From Campylobacterota bacterium (GTDB taxonomy: Bacteria > Campylobacterota > Campylobacteria > Campylobacterales > Sulfurimonadaceae): 28,274 nt of DNA. Both the position numbers and the translations under genes were made by a program. Below are positions 26,686-28,274 of the stretch, piece by piece. The first letter of the stretch is position 1, and every line of letters begins with the position of its first letter. The notes beneath the pieces were generated by a model that ran no database searches, was not told the origin of the DNA, and was given only the letters and a program-made list of their open reading frames with translations. The DNA lies in NCBI GenBank assembly GCA_034661055.1, contig JAYEKO010000092.1:1-28274 (forward strand). The letters are read 5' to 3'.

Positions 26686-28062
26686 TTGAACTTTATAATG
26701 ACACTATTTTTTTTAGTAACAACGGCACTTTTTGCACAACATCCAGAAGCGTTTTCTACACTAGCCAAGAGCTTTGAAGAAGATACAAAAGCTATAGAGT
26801 CTATGCGAGATGAATTATACTTTTCTGAGCATGAGACACTTTTTAGTGAGTATGAAAAGAGGGTCAATGAGACTTTTGAGGTGGGATTTGATTTAGATGA
26901 TGCCATACACAATGGAGAAGATACCTCAAAACTTAAAGAGCGTTACCTTAAAGCGTTACGTGAGTTAAAAGATGATCAGGATGCTCTAGACTTAATCTAC
27001 GTTCAGGCTCTAAATGATGCTATTAAAGTGGATGATATTAGGCTGTTTACTTACTTAATGCAACATCCAATGCGACCCCTAAAAAATGAACGTATTCGTA
27101 ATAGAGCGCTTCAATATTATGAGATTAAACGTAAAAAAATTAAAATTATGGAAGTTGAACTGTTACGACAAGAGAAAATGTTTGATGCCTACAGCAGAAA
27201 AATAGCCTTTGAAGAGCAGCAGTCTTATGAAGAACACTTAAAAGTTCTAACAGCGTCTCAAGCAAAGACAATCCGTCAAAAAAGTGTTAAGTCCAGACGT
27301 AATAGTGTGCTTGTCTCAACAGAAACAAGGAAGAGTGCTGTTGTGTTTTTTGCCGAAAACTTTAATGCCTATGCGGTGACCTTGACCTTGAAGTTTAAGA
27401 GTCTGCAAAACTACAGTGGCAATAAAAAACTCCCTCTATATGTTGAACTGATGCCACAAGAGCGCAAGCAGATCATTACAATCCAACGTGATGATCCAAG
27501 ATTAAAAGCAAGTTATCAATCAACTTACGGATGGGTAATGGGAGTGGCATCGGCACAGCATGATGACAGTTACATGTATTTAGTTCCTTTTAAAAAAGGG
27601 AGCAGTGTTAGAGTCTCTCAAGGCTTTAATGGAGCTGCAAGTCATAAAGGCTATTCTCGTTATGCAGTTGACTTTGCTGTTTCTACGGGTACACCAATAT
27701 ATGCAGCACGCTCTGGTAAAATAGTCTCGACAAAATCTACAGGAGATAGAGGTGGATTTGATCGCAGTTTTGGGAAGTATGCCAACTTTATTGTTATAGA
27801 GCACAGTGATCAGACCCTTGGCAAATATTATCATCTTAAAAAGGGTGGCGTCAATGTAGCGGTTAACCAGATGGTAAAGAGGGGTGACCTTATTGGCTAT
27901 AGTGGTAACACCGGCTACTCAAGTGGACCACACCTGCACTTTAGTGTCAGTAAAGTCGATCCAAAATATAGACAACGACCTATTACAGTCCCATTTAAAT
28001 TACAAACTTTAAATGGAGTTGTTACCACTCCTAAGCGGGGAGACAGATATGAGGTTTATTAG
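26686..28062 (+). CDS. Secreted M23-family metallopeptidase with N-terminal helical region
   Basis: Signal peptide, H...YAVDF, GTPIYAARSG, YYHL and GYSGNTGYSSGPHLHF motifs. Confidence 0.88.
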   Translation: MNFIMTLFFLVTTALFAQHPEAFSTLAKSFEEDTKAIESMRDELYFSEHETLFSEYEKRVNETFEVGFDLDDAIHNGEDTSKLKERYLKALRELKDDQDALDLIYVQALNDAIKVDDIRLFTYLMQHPMRPLKNERIRNRALQYYEIKRKKIKIMEVELLRQEKMFDAYSRKIAFEEQQSYEEHLKVLTASQAKTIRQKSVKSRRNSVLVSTETRKSAVVFFAENFNAYAVTLTLKFKSLQNYSGNKKLPLYVELMPQERKQIITIQRDDPRLKASYQSTYGWVMGVASAQHDDSYMYLVPFKKGSSVRVSQGFNGAASHKGYSRYAVDFAVSTGTPIYAARSGKIVSTKSTGDRGGFDRSFGKYANFIVIEHSDQTLGKYYHLKKGGVNVAVNQMVKRGDLIGYSGNTGYSSGPHLHFSVSKVDPKYRQRPITVPFKLQTLNGVVTTPKRGDRYEVY

Positions 28063-28274
28063 TAAGCTGCGAAATATGTGGATTCACAGTATGGTAAGAT
28101 TTAAAGCATATTTCCTAACCATTTAAAACTAAAATACATAATAAAGTTATAGAACTAAAAGATTTCCCAAATATACAAAATATTAAAAAACTCACAAATT
28201 TTGAACCAACTTGCATAATTCGGGTTGAAGAAGCTATTTGTAACGGTTAGTTTTTAAAATGTACTGCAAGCCAA

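Larger units (their letters stand above)
448..27578. repeat. Dispersed palindromic octamer TACATGTA, at least 18 copies
   Basis: Starts found by manual scan: 448, 1557, 2140, 2441, 2535, 2769, 3913, 9751, 9844, 13408, 13602, 17532, 23311, 24707, 24941, 25088, 26145, 27571. Confidence 0.9.

Noticed and set aside
613..27834. Short antisense or alternate-frame ORFs (for example 613-867, 11085-11432, 12550-12795, 26640-26912, 27580-27834)
   Set aside because: They are shadows of well-supported genes, with no recognisable motifs or RBS.
28195..28220. TTGAAC...TTGC as a sigma54 promoter
   Set aside because: It lacks the invariant GG at -24 and the GG-N10-GC spacing.
1..28274. CRISPR array, tRNA/rRNA, IS element, prophage or defence island
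   Set aside because: No regularly spaced repeats, RNA gene signatures, transposase, integrase or recognisable defence genes were seen. The TACATGTA copies are irregularly spaced and only 8-12 nt long.

Overview
AT-rich (roughly one-third GC, estimated by eye) chromosomal window from a Campylobacterota bacterium, most like Sulfurimonas/Sulfuricurvum/Sulfurovum relatives. The taxonomic call rests on the rppH-lysC-hobA-holB-folP block, a Helicobacter-type HU and the nth/peb4/fba neighbourhood. The window is mostly housekeeping: a Fur-boxed porin-feoAB-TauE cluster, a PiT phosphate transporter with a Pho-box-like triple repeat, cyclophilin, msrB, a degenerate helicase-like protein, an XRE regulator/small ORF/HU cluster, cmoA, nth, a hybrid histidine kinase, a heme-c/PAS/GGDEF/EAL protein, a PpiC chaperone, a PLP deaminase-family enzyme, fbaA and an M23 peptidase. 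I found no rRNA, tRNA, CRISPR array, transposase or integrase. The strongest unexplained signal is the palindrome TACATGTA. It occurs at least 18 times where about 1 is expected, in all three codon frames and in intergenic or promoter DNA, which resembles a HIP1-like highly iterated palindrome. Several genes also have leaderless-mRNA promoter geometry.
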